A stretch of DNA of 59,467 bases, counting the filler. It is 10 parts of 10 records of this genome, joined end to end, with 100 filler letters (N's around TTAATTAATTAA, not from the genome) between each part and the next. Parts side by side here need not be neighbours in the genome. Positions count along the whole stretch, not along the records: positions 6,174 to 11,561 come from SRR31147125_142518; positions 11,662 to 16,898 come from SRR31147125_142648; positions 16,999 to 22,159 come from SRR31147125_142894; 7 more parts are not named here. The stretch is one strand, 5' to 3'. Positions 10,764-19,925 of the stretch are shown piece by piece; the stretch's first letter is position 1, and each line of letters starts with the position of its first letter. The notes below the pieces were generated by a model. That model saw only the letters and a program-made list of their open reading frames with translations, was not told the DNA's origin and ran no database searches. The translations under genes and the position numbers were made by a program.

Positions 10764-11561
10764 TCAGTTGATCCCATCAATGATCATCTGCTGCGCCTCT
10801 TCCCAGTCGTCATAACAATTGACGATGAAGCCATGCCGTGCCTCGATGAAACACTGAGCAGTAACGCGCACCCCGGCATCCATCAGCCTGGAAGCAAAGT
10901 TATGGGCTTCTGTTTTCAGGACATCCCTGCCGCCGGTGATGACGCAGGTTTCCGGCAATCCGGCAAGCTGTTCATCCGAAGCCAGGAGCGGAGAGACGAA
11001 AGGCGATTGACCTTCGGAATCTCCCAGGTACATCCGGTTGTACATCCGGGCCCTTTCGGCACCACCCCGGCCTGTTCCTTCTCCTTCGCCCTTTTCTTCG
11101 GGATCGGTTGCCAGATCGAGGGGTGCATAGCACAGGAACTGCTTCCTGATACGGAAATCTCCGGTCTGGTTGGCCCGGATGGAAACGGCTGCCGTCAGAT
11201 TGCCGCCGGCACTGAATCCGCACATGCTGATATCATGGGTATCTCCGCCGTAGTCGGCAGCATGGCTGAAGATCCATTTCATCGCGTCGTAGACTTCGTT
11301 GAAGGCGACCGGATGCCGGTGTTCAGGAGACAGTCTGTAATCGATATCAAAGACAACTCCACCGGTTTCGGCGGCGAGCCTGGCCGCGCAGAGTACATCC
11401 CGCTCGGCATGCTCGATAACGAACCCGCCTCCGTGAAGATATACGATCAGGGGAGCCGGAGATTTCTTCTGTTTCGCAGTGAAGACATAGGTGAGGCAAT
11501 CCCCTTCCCCGGTAGGAATCCGGAGGGTTTCCTGATCAACATCACGAAGGAAACCCCGGTA
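10764..11561 (-). CDS. Alpha/beta hydrolase, hormone-sensitive-lipase-family esterase, 5'-truncated
   Basis: The frame extends upstream of the track ORF through IVYLHGGGF and DYRLSPEH; nucleophile GFSAGG, acid DVL and HGF histidine. Confidence 0.9.
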   Translation of the reverse strand, partial: YRGFLRDVDQETLRIPTGEGDCLTYVFTAKQKKSPAPLIVYLHGGGFVIEHAERDVLCAARLAAETGGVVFDIDYRLSPEHRHPVAFNEVYDAMKWIFSHAADYGGDTHDISMCGFSAGGNLTAAVSIRANQTGDFRIRKQFLCYAPLDLATDPEEKGEGEGTGRGGAERARMYNRMYLGDSEGQSPFVSPLLASDEQLAGLPETCVITGGRDVLKTEAHNFASRLMDAGVRVTAQCFIEARHGFIVNCYDDWEEAQQMIIDGIN

Positions 11562-11661
11562 NNNNNNNNNNNNNNNNNNNNNNNNNNNNNNNNNNNNNNN
11601 NNNNNTTAATTAATTAANNNNNNNNNNNNNNNNNNNNNNNNNNNNNNNNNNNNNNNNNNNN
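11562..11661. other. Artificial contig spacer
   Basis: N44-TTAATTAATTAA-N44; GC content drops sharply across it. Confidence 0.99.
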
Positions 11662-12045
11662 GTTCGAACATTCTTTTTTGTTGTATTTGGCATTAGCCTT
11701 TCATTAACAACACTTGTTAGTTGGAAAGTTTGGGTAATCAGTCTTCTTTTTCTAATTGTACTTTATGGTGTTCGTTACCTGATGTTTTGGGGTGTAGAAC
11801 GAAAAAATATTTTTCCACAGGTATTGATTGCTCCAAGAGGTCTGATTTCAATATTACTCTTCTTTGCAATTCCTGAAGATTTTAAAGTGCCTGAATTTGA
11901 AAGTGGAGCCTTACTTGTTGTCATTATCTTCTCAAGTTTAATTATGGCTTTTTCATTAATAAAAAGTGGGAAAAAAATACCAATTGATAATTCTGAATCA
12001 AATTCAATTGAAGAAATAGAACAAAACTTAAAAGAGACCGAATGA
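11662..12045 (+). CDS. Cation:proton antiporter family membrane protein, C-terminal part
   Basis: Open from the contig edge (VRTFFFVVFG...); APRGLISILL motif typical of CPA antiporters. Confidence 0.8.
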   Translation, partial: VRTFFFVVFGISLSLTTLVSWKVWVISLLFLIVLYGVRYLMFWGVERKNIFPQVLIAPRGLISILLFFAIPEDFKVPEFESGALLVVIIFSSLIMAFSLIKSGKKIPIDNSESNSIEEIEQNLKETE

Positions 12046-13322
12046 AAATAATCGTTTTAACCATCTTTCTTTTAACTTCATTTACAACATTTTCGCAAAG
12101 GAATTCTTACATTAAAAATGAAAAGGATGTGCCTGAATATAGCCTGCCTGAACTATTAAAAAGTAATAGTGGGAAAAAAATAAAATCGGTAAAAAAATGG
12201 GAGAAGTTAAGACGTCCTGAACTTTTAAAGATGTTCACTCATGAAATATACGGTAAAGTTCCTAAAGATATCGGTATTAAAGAAAATATTATCAATGAAG
12301 CGGATGGTTTAGCTTTCAATGGTCTGGCAAAACGGAAGCAAATTGAACTGGTTTTTGAGGAAAATGGGAAAACACTACATGCTGAAATTCTAATTTACTT
12401 ACCTGTCGGGAAAGATAATGTGCCTCTGTTTTTGGGATACAATTTTTATGGAAACCATACTATTTCTGATGATGTTGATATTCGGCTAACTGAATCCTGG
12501 GTAATGGATAATCCTTCTCTGGGTATCGTTCATAATCAAATTACAGAGCAATCAAGAGGTGCTCGTACAAACAGATGGCCAGTTGAGAAGATTATAAATG
12601 CTGGTTTTGGTTTGGCAACTATATATTATGGAGATATTGATCCAGACTGGAATAACTTAGAGGATGGTATACATTCACTTTTGTATGAGAATGATCAATT
12701 ACATCCCCGGTCAAATGAATGGGGATCGATATCTGCCTGGGCTTGGGGGCTATCACGTGCTATGGATTATTTTGAACAGGATCCGGATGTTGATGCAAGT
12801 AAAATAGTTGTTTTTGGACATTCACGTCTAGGTAAATCTGCACTTTGGGCTGCTGCGCAAGATGAGCGTTTTGCTATGTGTATTTCCAATAATTCAGGCT
12901 GCATGGGAGCTGCGATATCCCGAAGAAGGTTTGGCGAAACAATTGGCAGGATTACTTCTTCTTTTCCACATTGGTTCTGTAATAATTTTAAAAAATATGT
13001 GGGAATGGAAAGTGAACTTCCGGTTGATCAACATCAGTTGTTGGCACTTATAGCTCCACGTCCGTTGTATATTGCCAGTGCTAAGGAAGATTGGTGGTCT
13101 GATCCTAAGGGTGAATATCAGTCAGCTTTTTACGCATCTCCTGCGTACAAACTTTACCAGAAAGATGTGCTGTTAGATCGTAAAATGCCTGGTGTTGAAG
13201 AGCCTATTATGGGAACAATTGCTTATCATATTCGAAATGGTAAGCATGATATAACAGATTACGATTGGGGGCAATACATTAAATTTGCCAATCGCCATTT
13301 GAAGCAAGAACTAGCAGAATAA
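12042..13322 (+). CDS. CE15 family glucuronoyl-esterase-like protein, secreted
   Basis: Signal peptide; WGSISAWAWGLSRAMDY, nucleophile motif GHSRLGK, DQHQLLALIAPRP and GKHD. Confidence 0.9.
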   Translation: MKIIVLTIFLLTSFTTFSQRNSYIKNEKDVPEYSLPELLKSNSGKKIKSVKKWEKLRRPELLKMFTHEIYGKVPKDIGIKENIINEADGLAFNGLAKRKQIELVFEENGKTLHAEILIYLPVGKDNVPLFLGYNFYGNHTISDDVDIRLTESWVMDNPSLGIVHNQITEQSRGARTNRWPVEKIINAGFGLATIYYGDIDPDWNNLEDGIHSLLYENDQLHPRSNEWGSISAWAWGLSRAMDYFEQDPDVDASKIVVFGHSRLGKSALWAAAQDERFAMCISNNSGCMGAAISRRRFGETIGRITSSFPHWFCNNFKKYVGMESELPVDQHQLLALIAPRPLYIASAKEDWWSDPKGEYQSAFYASPAYKLYQKDVLLDRKMPGVEEPIMGTIAYHIRNGKHDITDYDWGQYIKFANRHLKQELAE

Positions 13323-13341
13323 CATCATCGGAAATATTAGA

Positions 13342-13992
13342 TTAAAAGAATATTTCTGTTCTGATATTTTCAGCAATAACTCCGTGATTTTCTAGTATAG
13401 AAGTCACTTCATCAATCATATCTGAATTTCCACATAAATAACAGATGGTATCTATTGAAACAGGTTTTTCTTTCAAATAAAAACTTACTCTGCCAAAATA
13501 ATCAGCACCTTCAACTCGAGATGCACAAAGGCAATAGCGTTCTTTTTCAAAAGAAGCACCTCCATATGCTTCATCGGTGAAACGAACACCATGCAGCATT
13601 TGATAATTAAGTTCGGGGTAACTTTTTACAAACGAATGAAAAGGTGAAATTCCTGTTCCAGTGGCAATAAACAAGGCTTCTTTTCCTTTTTTTGTCTTTT
13701 CATCCAAAATAAAAAATCCACGTGGTCCTTCAACTTGAAGTCCTGTGCCTGGTTTTAAATGACGTAAATAGCGAGTAAAGTCTCCTTTTTCAACTTCTCT
13801 AATGAGGAATGATAACCGTTCGTCGTGAATTGAACTATAAATGGAATACTCTCGTCCTTCACCTCCATTTGGATCACGAAGGATAAGGTACTGCCCAGAT
13901 TCAAACTGAAGATTATTGCGTTCTAAATGTAGGATGAAAGTCTCTGGTGTTAGTAGTTCAACCTCAAGTACTTTGTGAATTTGTATTTGCAT
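13342..13992 (-). CDS. FAD/NAD(P)-binding oxidoreductase, ferredoxin-NADP reductase-like
   Basis: REYSIYS, GPRG, ATGTGISPF, YLCGN and a C-terminal EIFF. Confidence 0.9.
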   Translation of the reverse strand: MQIQIHKVLEVELLTPETFILHLERNNLQFESGQYLILRDPNGGEGREYSIYSSIHDERLSFLIREVEKGDFTRYLRHLKPGTGLQVEGPRGFFILDEKTKKGKEALFIATGTGISPFHSFVKSYPELNYQMLHGVRFTDEAYGGASFEKERYCLCASRVEGADYFGRVSFYLKEKPVSIDTICYLCGNSDMIDEVTSILENHGVIAENIRTEIFF

Positions 13993-14004
13993 AGTTTTTT
14001 ATAT

Positions 14005-14868
14005 TCAGGCTTTTACATGACGTTCGGCATGGTAGGATGACCTTACTAAAGGACTACTTTCTACATAGCTGAAACCACGTTTGTAAGCTTCTTTACGGTA
14101 AATTTCAAATTGTTCGGGTGAAATATATTCAACAACCTGCATCAGGTGAGGGTCTGGTTGAAGGTATTGCCCCAGTGTAAGTACTTTACATCCGGCTTCT
14201 TTTAAATCATCCATGGTTTCGAGTAGCTCATTCGAAGTTTCCCCCAAGCCAAGCATCAACCCAGATTTTGGAACTATACCCGAAGCAGCTATGTATGAAA
14301 TAACCTTTAAACTCCGATCGTATCGGGCAGTACTTCTAATTTTAGGAGTCAGGCTTCTAACAGTTTCAAGATTATGGGAAATTACATCTGGACTTGCATC
14401 AATTACTTGTTGTACCAATTCTTCTTTTGCATGAAAATCCGGTATCAATGTTTCAATTGTGGTATCCGGACTAAGTTGCTTAATTGTTTTAATTGTATGA
14501 GCCCAAAACCTTGCCCCACCGTCAGGAAGATCATCACGATCTACAGATGTAATAACGCAATGCTTCAATTTTAGTGTTCGTATTGTTTCTGCCAATCGTT
14601 TCGGTTCGTTCCAATCAACCGGATCTGGAATGGCATTTTTCACATAGCAAAAACGACAGTTTCGTGTACATTTATCCCCCAAAATCATAAAACTTGCTGT
14701 TCCTGCATTCCAGCACTCTCCTTTGTTGGGGCAGTTTCCACTGGTACATATTGTATTGAGTTTGTGCTCGGCAATCAGCCTTTTTACTTTTGAATAGTTT
14801 TCTCCACTAGGCAAAGGCGATTTCATCCATCTGGGCAATCGCTCTCGTTTGTCTTTTAAATCTTTCAT
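14005..14868 (-). CDS. lipA: Lipoyl synthase
   Basis: CTSGNCPNKGEC auxiliary-cluster motif, radical SAM motif CTRNCRFC and the C-terminal VRSSYHA. Confidence 0.97.
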   Translation of the reverse strand: MKDLKDKRERLPRWMKSPLPSGENYSKVKRLIAEHKLNTICTSGNCPNKGECWNAGTASFMILGDKCTRNCRFCYVKNAIPDPVDWNEPKRLAETIRTLKLKHCVITSVDRDDLPDGGARFWAHTIKTIKQLSPDTTIETLIPDFHAKEELVQQVIDASPDVISHNLETVRSLTPKIRSTARYDRSLKVISYIAASGIVPKSGLMLGLGETSNELLETMDDLKEAGCKVLTLGQYLQPDPHLMQVVEYISPEQFEIYRKEAYKRGFSYVESSPLVRSSYHAERHVKA

Positions 14869-15018
14869 TAACGCAATCAGTTTGCCAAATTAACAGCTAT
14901 CAAAAAGGCTTGTTCAAAAAATCTTATTTCGTGATTAAATAAGATATTATAAAACATGATCATTCTCTTCTGAATGAAAAATTATTATATTCAGCTATTC
15001 ACTAAAAAAAAACACCCT

Positions 15019-15363
15019 ATGAAAACATTCAAACCGTATTTATCGCTAAGTAAAACAATCGACAATTATGTTTTAAGCGTTGTCCTTTCTGTGCCTAAGG
15101 AATTTAGTGTTGAAAAAATCGAACAACAAGAAATCGACACAGGGATTAAGACATATTGGGGAGTAATTATCACAGTGTCTGATAAAACCCAGTTAGTTAA
15201 TGGGCCTGATGTACAGGTTCTTTCAACTTTTGCAAATATTGATTTAGATAAGTCTGAAACTTATCAAACAATAAAATGTGTAGTTCAGCCCCGTACTCTT
15301 GATGGTGGCTATGGTTCTGCTCAGGATGAAGAAGGGGATATAAATTTTGATGACTTTGGATAA
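15019..15363 (+). CDS. Hypothetical protein (about 114 aa, acidic tail)
   Basis: Open frame in an AT-rich contig followed by a terminator-like hairpin; start set at the second ATG. Confidence 0.65.
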   Translation: MKTFKPYLSLSKTIDNYVLSVVLSVPKEFSVEKIEQQEIDTGIKTYWGVIITVSDKTQLVNGPDVQVLSTFANIDLDKSETYQTIKCVVQPRTLDGGYGSAQDEEGDINFDDFG

Positions 15364-15382
15364 TCTTGATTCCTGATTTATT

Positions 15383-15422
15383 CAGAAGGCACTATAGGTT
15401 AAGCAATAGTGCCCTCTGTTTT
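15383..15422 (+). terminator. Probable intrinsic terminator
   Basis: Stem CAGAAGGCACTAT / ATAGTGCCCTCTG (one mismatch) followed by TTTT. Confidence 0.6.
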
Positions 15423-15467
15423 GTCTAACTTCATTTTTTATTAACTTCACATTCTTATCGTTAATTA

Positions 15468-16898
15468 ATGCGCTATAGTTTTCTTTTTATATTATTTTTT
15501 TGTCATTGAGTTCCAAGTCGAATAGTATACGAACGGAAGATTCAATAAAATTTACTAATGGATTTGCTAAAATTGATAAACTACTATTTTGTAATATTGA
15601 TAGTGCTTTGATTCTTAGTAAAATCATGCTTCAAGAGGCTCATTTTCATTCGGCTACAGAATACAAGATTGGTGCAATGATTTATATAGGAAAATCATAC
15701 ACTGAATTAGGATATAAGGACTCTTCAATTAACATTTTAAACAATGCTTTAGAGTTGTCCGAAAAATACAATCAAAGAACTTCACAGATAAAGGTACATA
15801 CGGCATTAGGGTATGCAAATAATAAGATATATCAATCAGGCATAGCAATTAAACATTTATTAGAAGCTAAGAAGCTACTGTTGGATTCGGATACATATAC
15901 AATGATTTTTGATGTTCAGAACTACCTTGGTATTAGCCATCGTAGAATGAGAGATTATAAATCAGCAATTAATATTTTTAATTCTCTGATTGATAATTCT
16001 CTTTATCAAATGAATTCAATACAAAAGTTTTCAGTATATAACAATTTAGCAAATTGCTATTCAGTACTAAAAGAATATGATAAAGGGGAAGAGTATTTTT
16101 ATTTAGCTTACAACTCAGTAAAGGAAGAAAATTATCCAAGGATGCTAGCATTGATCACCTACAATCTTGGTGCCCTGTATGCAAAACGAAAGAAATATGA
16201 TCTGGCTCAAGAATTTATATTGAAATCTCTTGATTCCTATAAAATAATTAATGACGCAACTCAATTGGAGAACTGTAACAGAGTGCTTGGTGTAATTAAT
16301 CAGAACCAGAAGAACTATGAACAAGCGAAAGTATACCATTTCAAAGCGCTTGCGATGGCAAAAGAAAATAATAACCCCAGAGCAATTCTTGGAAATTACA
16401 AGAATTTATACATTACCTATCGACGACAAGCCGAAGAGACCGATAGCAAGGAGATGTTACAAAAGAATTGGATTATTTTAGAAAATGGGCTTATTTAAAT
16501 GATAGCCTTTATGAAGTCGAAATGGCTGAGAAAATATTAACTCTTGAAAAAGAGTTTGAGACTGAGAAAAAACAGCCAAATAAATTTGCTTGAAAAGGAT
16601 AATGAGCTTAAGGAGAGCACTATTAAAACACAACATGCACAAAGAAATTCGTTGCTAATTATTATCGGTTTGGCACTTGCTGTAATGTCGGTATTTATAT
16701 ACTGGTATTTCTTCTATAGGAGGGTAAATAAATTACTACAGGTGCAAAGTAAACGAATCTTGGAGCAAAATGATGAAATTTCCACCAAAAATGAGAAGCT
16801 ACAAAAAGCAATTAGTACTCGTAATAAGCTATTTAGCATTATTGCACACGACTTGCGAAGTCCTTTAACTTCGATGGCTAATTTTTCGACATTAATTA
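15468..16898 (+). CDS. TPR-repeat sensor histidine kinase, split by three apparent single-base frameshifts, 3'-truncated
   Basis: Adding one base to each of the T run near 15495-15501, the A run near 16461 and the A run 16567-16572 joins a signal peptide (MRYSFLFILFFLSL), TPR repeats, the ETEKKNSQI linker, a TM helix and the H-box IAHDLRSPL. Confidence 0.85.
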
Positions 16899-16998
16899 NN
16901 NNNNNNNNNNNNNNNNNNNNNNNNNNNNNNNNNNNNNNNNNNTTAATTAATTAANNNNNNNNNNNNNNNNNNNNNNNNNNNNNNNNNNNNNNNNNNNN
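16899..16998. other. Artificial contig spacer
   Basis: N44-TTAATTAATTAA-N44. Confidence 0.99.
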
Positions 16999-17463
16999 AT
17001 GATCGCCGGCATCGTGGCCTGTTTTCTCACCTATTAGGTGTGGCGCTACCCACTTTCCATGCACACGGCCTTTTGGGGGCTTTTTAGCGGATTGGCTGTG
17101 GCCTACCTGTGCCGCGGGCTGGGGGTCCGGGACAACGAGGAAACGCGACAGCGGCAGGCCGAGGTGCGCGGTTGGCTGGACAGTGTGGACGCACCGTCCG
17201 AAAGTGGCCGTAAATGGCGGGGTTGGATGAAACTGATGGTACCCATCTGGTTCTTTTTCGCCATCGGCCCGGCGTGCCTGTTGGGGAACAACGCCTTTTC
17301 CTTCTGCGGGTTTCCGTCCCTGTGGTCCTGGCAGATCGTTCGGTGGATTCTTGGGATCATCATGATGTGGGCCCTATGTTTCAAGGCTGAAATGTCCACC
17401 ACCAGCGAAGAGCAGATTCGCCGGGCGGATGAAGAGGCCCATATTGTGGTCAAGGAGGTATGA
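16999..17463 (+). CDS. Membrane transporter C-terminus, probably a sodium:solute symporter; in-frame TAG at 17035-17037
   Basis: The frame reads MIAGIVACFLTY*VWRYPLSMHTAFWGLF... with further TM helices. Confidence 0.65.
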
Positions 17464-17493
17464 CCCGGCCGGTGGGTCGGCTGGTGCAAGAAA

Positions 17494-17682
17494 ATGCATG
17501 GAAATGACGGCATACCGCAAAAAGAACCATTCAACGATCCCGTTGTCAGGGAAAGAGGGATCCATAAGGAGGAGCAGTATGAAAAAGAAGATCTGTGGCT
17601 GATTGGCGTGGTGGCTTTTTCGATTATCTGGACGCTGGCCTTAGGCTCGATTCCATTCTGGCTACTGGATGCTGGCTTCTGA
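17494..17682 (+). CDS. Small single-TM hypothetical protein
   Basis: 62 aa with a charged N-terminus and one clear C-terminal hydrophobic helix; co-oriented with the transporter. Confidence 0.5.
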   Translation: MHGNDGIPQKEPFNDPVVRERGIHKEEQYEKEDLWLIGVVAFSIIWTLALGSIPFWLLDAGF

Positions 17683-17759
17683 CTCCTGTGGTTCCCCATG
17701 ATCCCAGCGCATTCCCCATCCTGGAAGAACCCAAATCCGGGCCCGCCGGCCCCGCATTT

Positions 17760-18470
17760 TTACTTTTTCCGCATATACACCACCAGGCTCTTGCCCACCA
17801 ACGGATCGAACAACCGATCCACAAACCTGGTGATCCATGGTTTTTTCATGATGTCCCAAACCAGTAAGCGATGGTAGAGGGCGACCAGTGCCGAGTCGGT
17901 TCGGGTCGGTCCCACCAGGCATTTGAGCCACCAGAACGGTGTGTGGATGCTGTGGGCGTAATGATGCCCGCGAAGACGGGTGCCCGCTCGCTCCAGCTGA
18001 TCGATTAACTCATGTTTGCGATAAATGCGCACATGCCCCTGGTTGGCAAGGCCGTACTCCCTGGCAAGGGCCCAGCAGATGCGTTCGGGCAGAAAGCGGG
18101 GAACGCTGACCACCAGCGGCTTGCCGGGCTTAAGGACCCGGACGATCTCGCGGATTGCCTTCCGGTCGTCCGGAATATGCTCCAGCACCTCACTGCAGAT
18201 CACCAGATCGAAACACGCATCGCCAAAGGGCAGGCGGGTGACGGTTGCGGCGGTGAGATTCCAAATGCCGCCGCCATGCTCTTTCAGCCGATCATGGAAG
18301 CGGAGCCGCTGCCGGGCCGCCCGCAGGTCGTCCGGGTTCAGGTCCGCACCGGTCACGCGTACCCCCTTGAAGCGGTAGGCGGCTGCGGTGTGTCGACCGG
18401 AACCACAACCGATGTCCAGGACGCGCGCACCCGGAGGGAGCGGCAAACGGTTAAAATCGACCGTAATCAC
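17760..18470 (-). CDS. Class I SAM-dependent methyltransferase
   Basis: VLDIGCGSGRH, LPFGDACFDLVICSEVLEHI and RVLKPG. Start set at GTG 18470 behind GAGGTG; overlaps the upstream glycosyltransferase. Confidence 0.92.
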   Translation of the reverse strand: MITVDFNRLPLPPGARVLDIGCGSGRHTAAAYRFKGVRVTGADLNPDDLRAARQRLRFHDRLKEHGGGIWNLTAATVTRLPFGDACFDLVICSEVLEHIPDDRKAIREIVRVLKPGKPLVVSVPRFLPERICWALAREYGLANQGHVRIYRKHELIDQLERAGTRLRGHHYAHSIHTPFWWLKCLVGPTRTDSALVALYHRLLVWDIMKKPWITRFVDRLFDPLVGKSLVVYMRKK

Positions 18471-19704
18471 GAAGCACCTCATGGTAGGCGGTCACGGTTT
18501 TTTGGGCGGCGCGTTGCCAGCTAAAATACCGCAGAACCCGTTCGTATCCGCGCCGGCCCAGATCGGCGGCATGGTGGGGATGGTCCAGCAGATCAGCCAT
18601 CGCCCGCACCAGGGCGCCGGGATCCCTGGGCGGCACCAATACTCCCGCGTCACCGACAACCTCGGGCAGCGCGCCGCCCGTGGTGCTGATCACCGGTACG
18701 CCACAAGCCATGGCTTCGCCGGCCGGCAACCCGAAACCTTCATAGACGGACGAGACCACGGCCATGGACGCACGGGCATACTGGCGGACAAATTCGGCAT
18801 CACTGATAGGGCCGGTGAAACTGATCCGGTGGCCGATGCCCAGGCGCCTTATCAACCGCGCAATTCCGCCGTTTTCTTTGGGTGAACCGACCACCACCAG
18901 ACGGATGGACCGATGCCGGGAGAGCTCCGCCACCGCATGCAGCAGGTAGTATAGTCCCTTTAACGGAACGTCCGAACTGTTGGTCACGATGATGCGTCCC
19001 GGCTCCCGCCCAATTTCCGGAACGGGGTAAAACAAACGGGTGTTGATGCCATTGGGCACTACGCAAAATCGTTCCCGGGGGATCCGAAACGCCCTGGCGA
19101 TATCCTTGCTGGCGCTTTCGGACACGGTGATGATTCGCCTAAGCGTTCGGGAAACACGTTTTTGCATGCCAATGAAAGAGAACCAGCGCCATTGTTTCAG
19201 TTTTTTCCAAAACGGGCGCACGGCCCGTATGGCGATGTCCCTGTCCACGGTAATCGGATGGTGAATGGTGGCCACGGTGGGGATCTTCTTGGCGATGGAC
19301 CAGATGCCATACGACAGGCTTTGATTATCGTGAACAATGTCATAGCGATGCATCCGGGTGCGCAAAAACCGCTGGGCACGGAATCCGAACGTGAAGGGTT
19401 CGGGAAAGCCCATGGTGGATACCCCCACCCATTCCATCAGATTGACCGGGTCCGACAGCTCCCGAAGGCCGGGAACCCGGAACAGATTTTCCGGATCGTA
19501 CAGATCCAGACAGGCCGGTTGGTGGAGGGGAATGTCGGGGTCCAGTATGGGATCCGGTGGCCCGGAAACCACTTCCACATGATGACCGAGATCTTTCAAT
19601 GCCCGGCTCAGGTTTTTCAGGTAAACCCCCTGACCGCCACAGTGGGGATTGCTCCGATAACTCAGCAGGCAGATATTGAGTGGCCGATCGAGGATGGGCG
19701 TCAT
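18451..19704 (-). CDS. GT4-family glycosyltransferase
   Basis: GGQGVY N-terminal motif and YEGFGLPAGEAMACG (EX7E) motif. Start set at ATG 19704 behind AGGAGG. Confidence 0.93.
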   Translation of the reverse strand: MTPILDRPLNICLLSYRSNPHCGGQGVYLKNLSRALKDLGHHVEVVSGPPDPILDPDIPLHQPACLDLYDPENLFRVPGLRELSDPVNLMEWVGVSTMGFPEPFTFGFRAQRFLRTRMHRYDIVHDNQSLSYGIWSIAKKIPTVATIHHPITVDRDIAIRAVRPFWKKLKQWRWFSFIGMQKRVSRTLRRIITVSESASKDIARAFRIPRERFCVVPNGINTRLFYPVPEIGREPGRIIVTNSSDVPLKGLYYLLHAVAELSRHRSIRLVVVGSPKENGGIARLIRRLGIGHRISFTGPISDAEFVRQYARASMAVVSSVYEGFGLPAGEAMACGVPVISTTGGALPEVVGDAGVLVPPRDPGALVRAMADLLDHPHHAADLGRRGYERVLRYFSWQRAAQKTVTAYHEVLRDYGRF

Positions 19705-19925
19705 AGGGAATAAATCGATCCTCCTGTTTGAAAAAATTAACGAAATTATCGTCCGATCCGGTAACGCGTCAAGTCTTTTCACAGGGTCACGACTTTTTAG
19801 GATCCCGGCCACCGAATCCCTTTAGTTTGAAAATCACCTGCCGATATCAAAAACGTACCCGGAACGGCTGGCATGAACCCCAAACCAATTAATCCTATCA
19901 ACCCCAAGCAGTGTCTGTTTTACGC

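Noticed and set aside
10647-11609. 320-aa plus-strand ORF and similar long antisense ORFs (7354, 25848, 35167, 36151)
   Set aside because: Each lies opposite a gene with clear family motifs and has none of its own.
15468-16898. Phase variation of the TPR kinase
   Set aside because: Three separate short runs are each one base short, matching the window-wide error pattern rather than a single long slippage tract.
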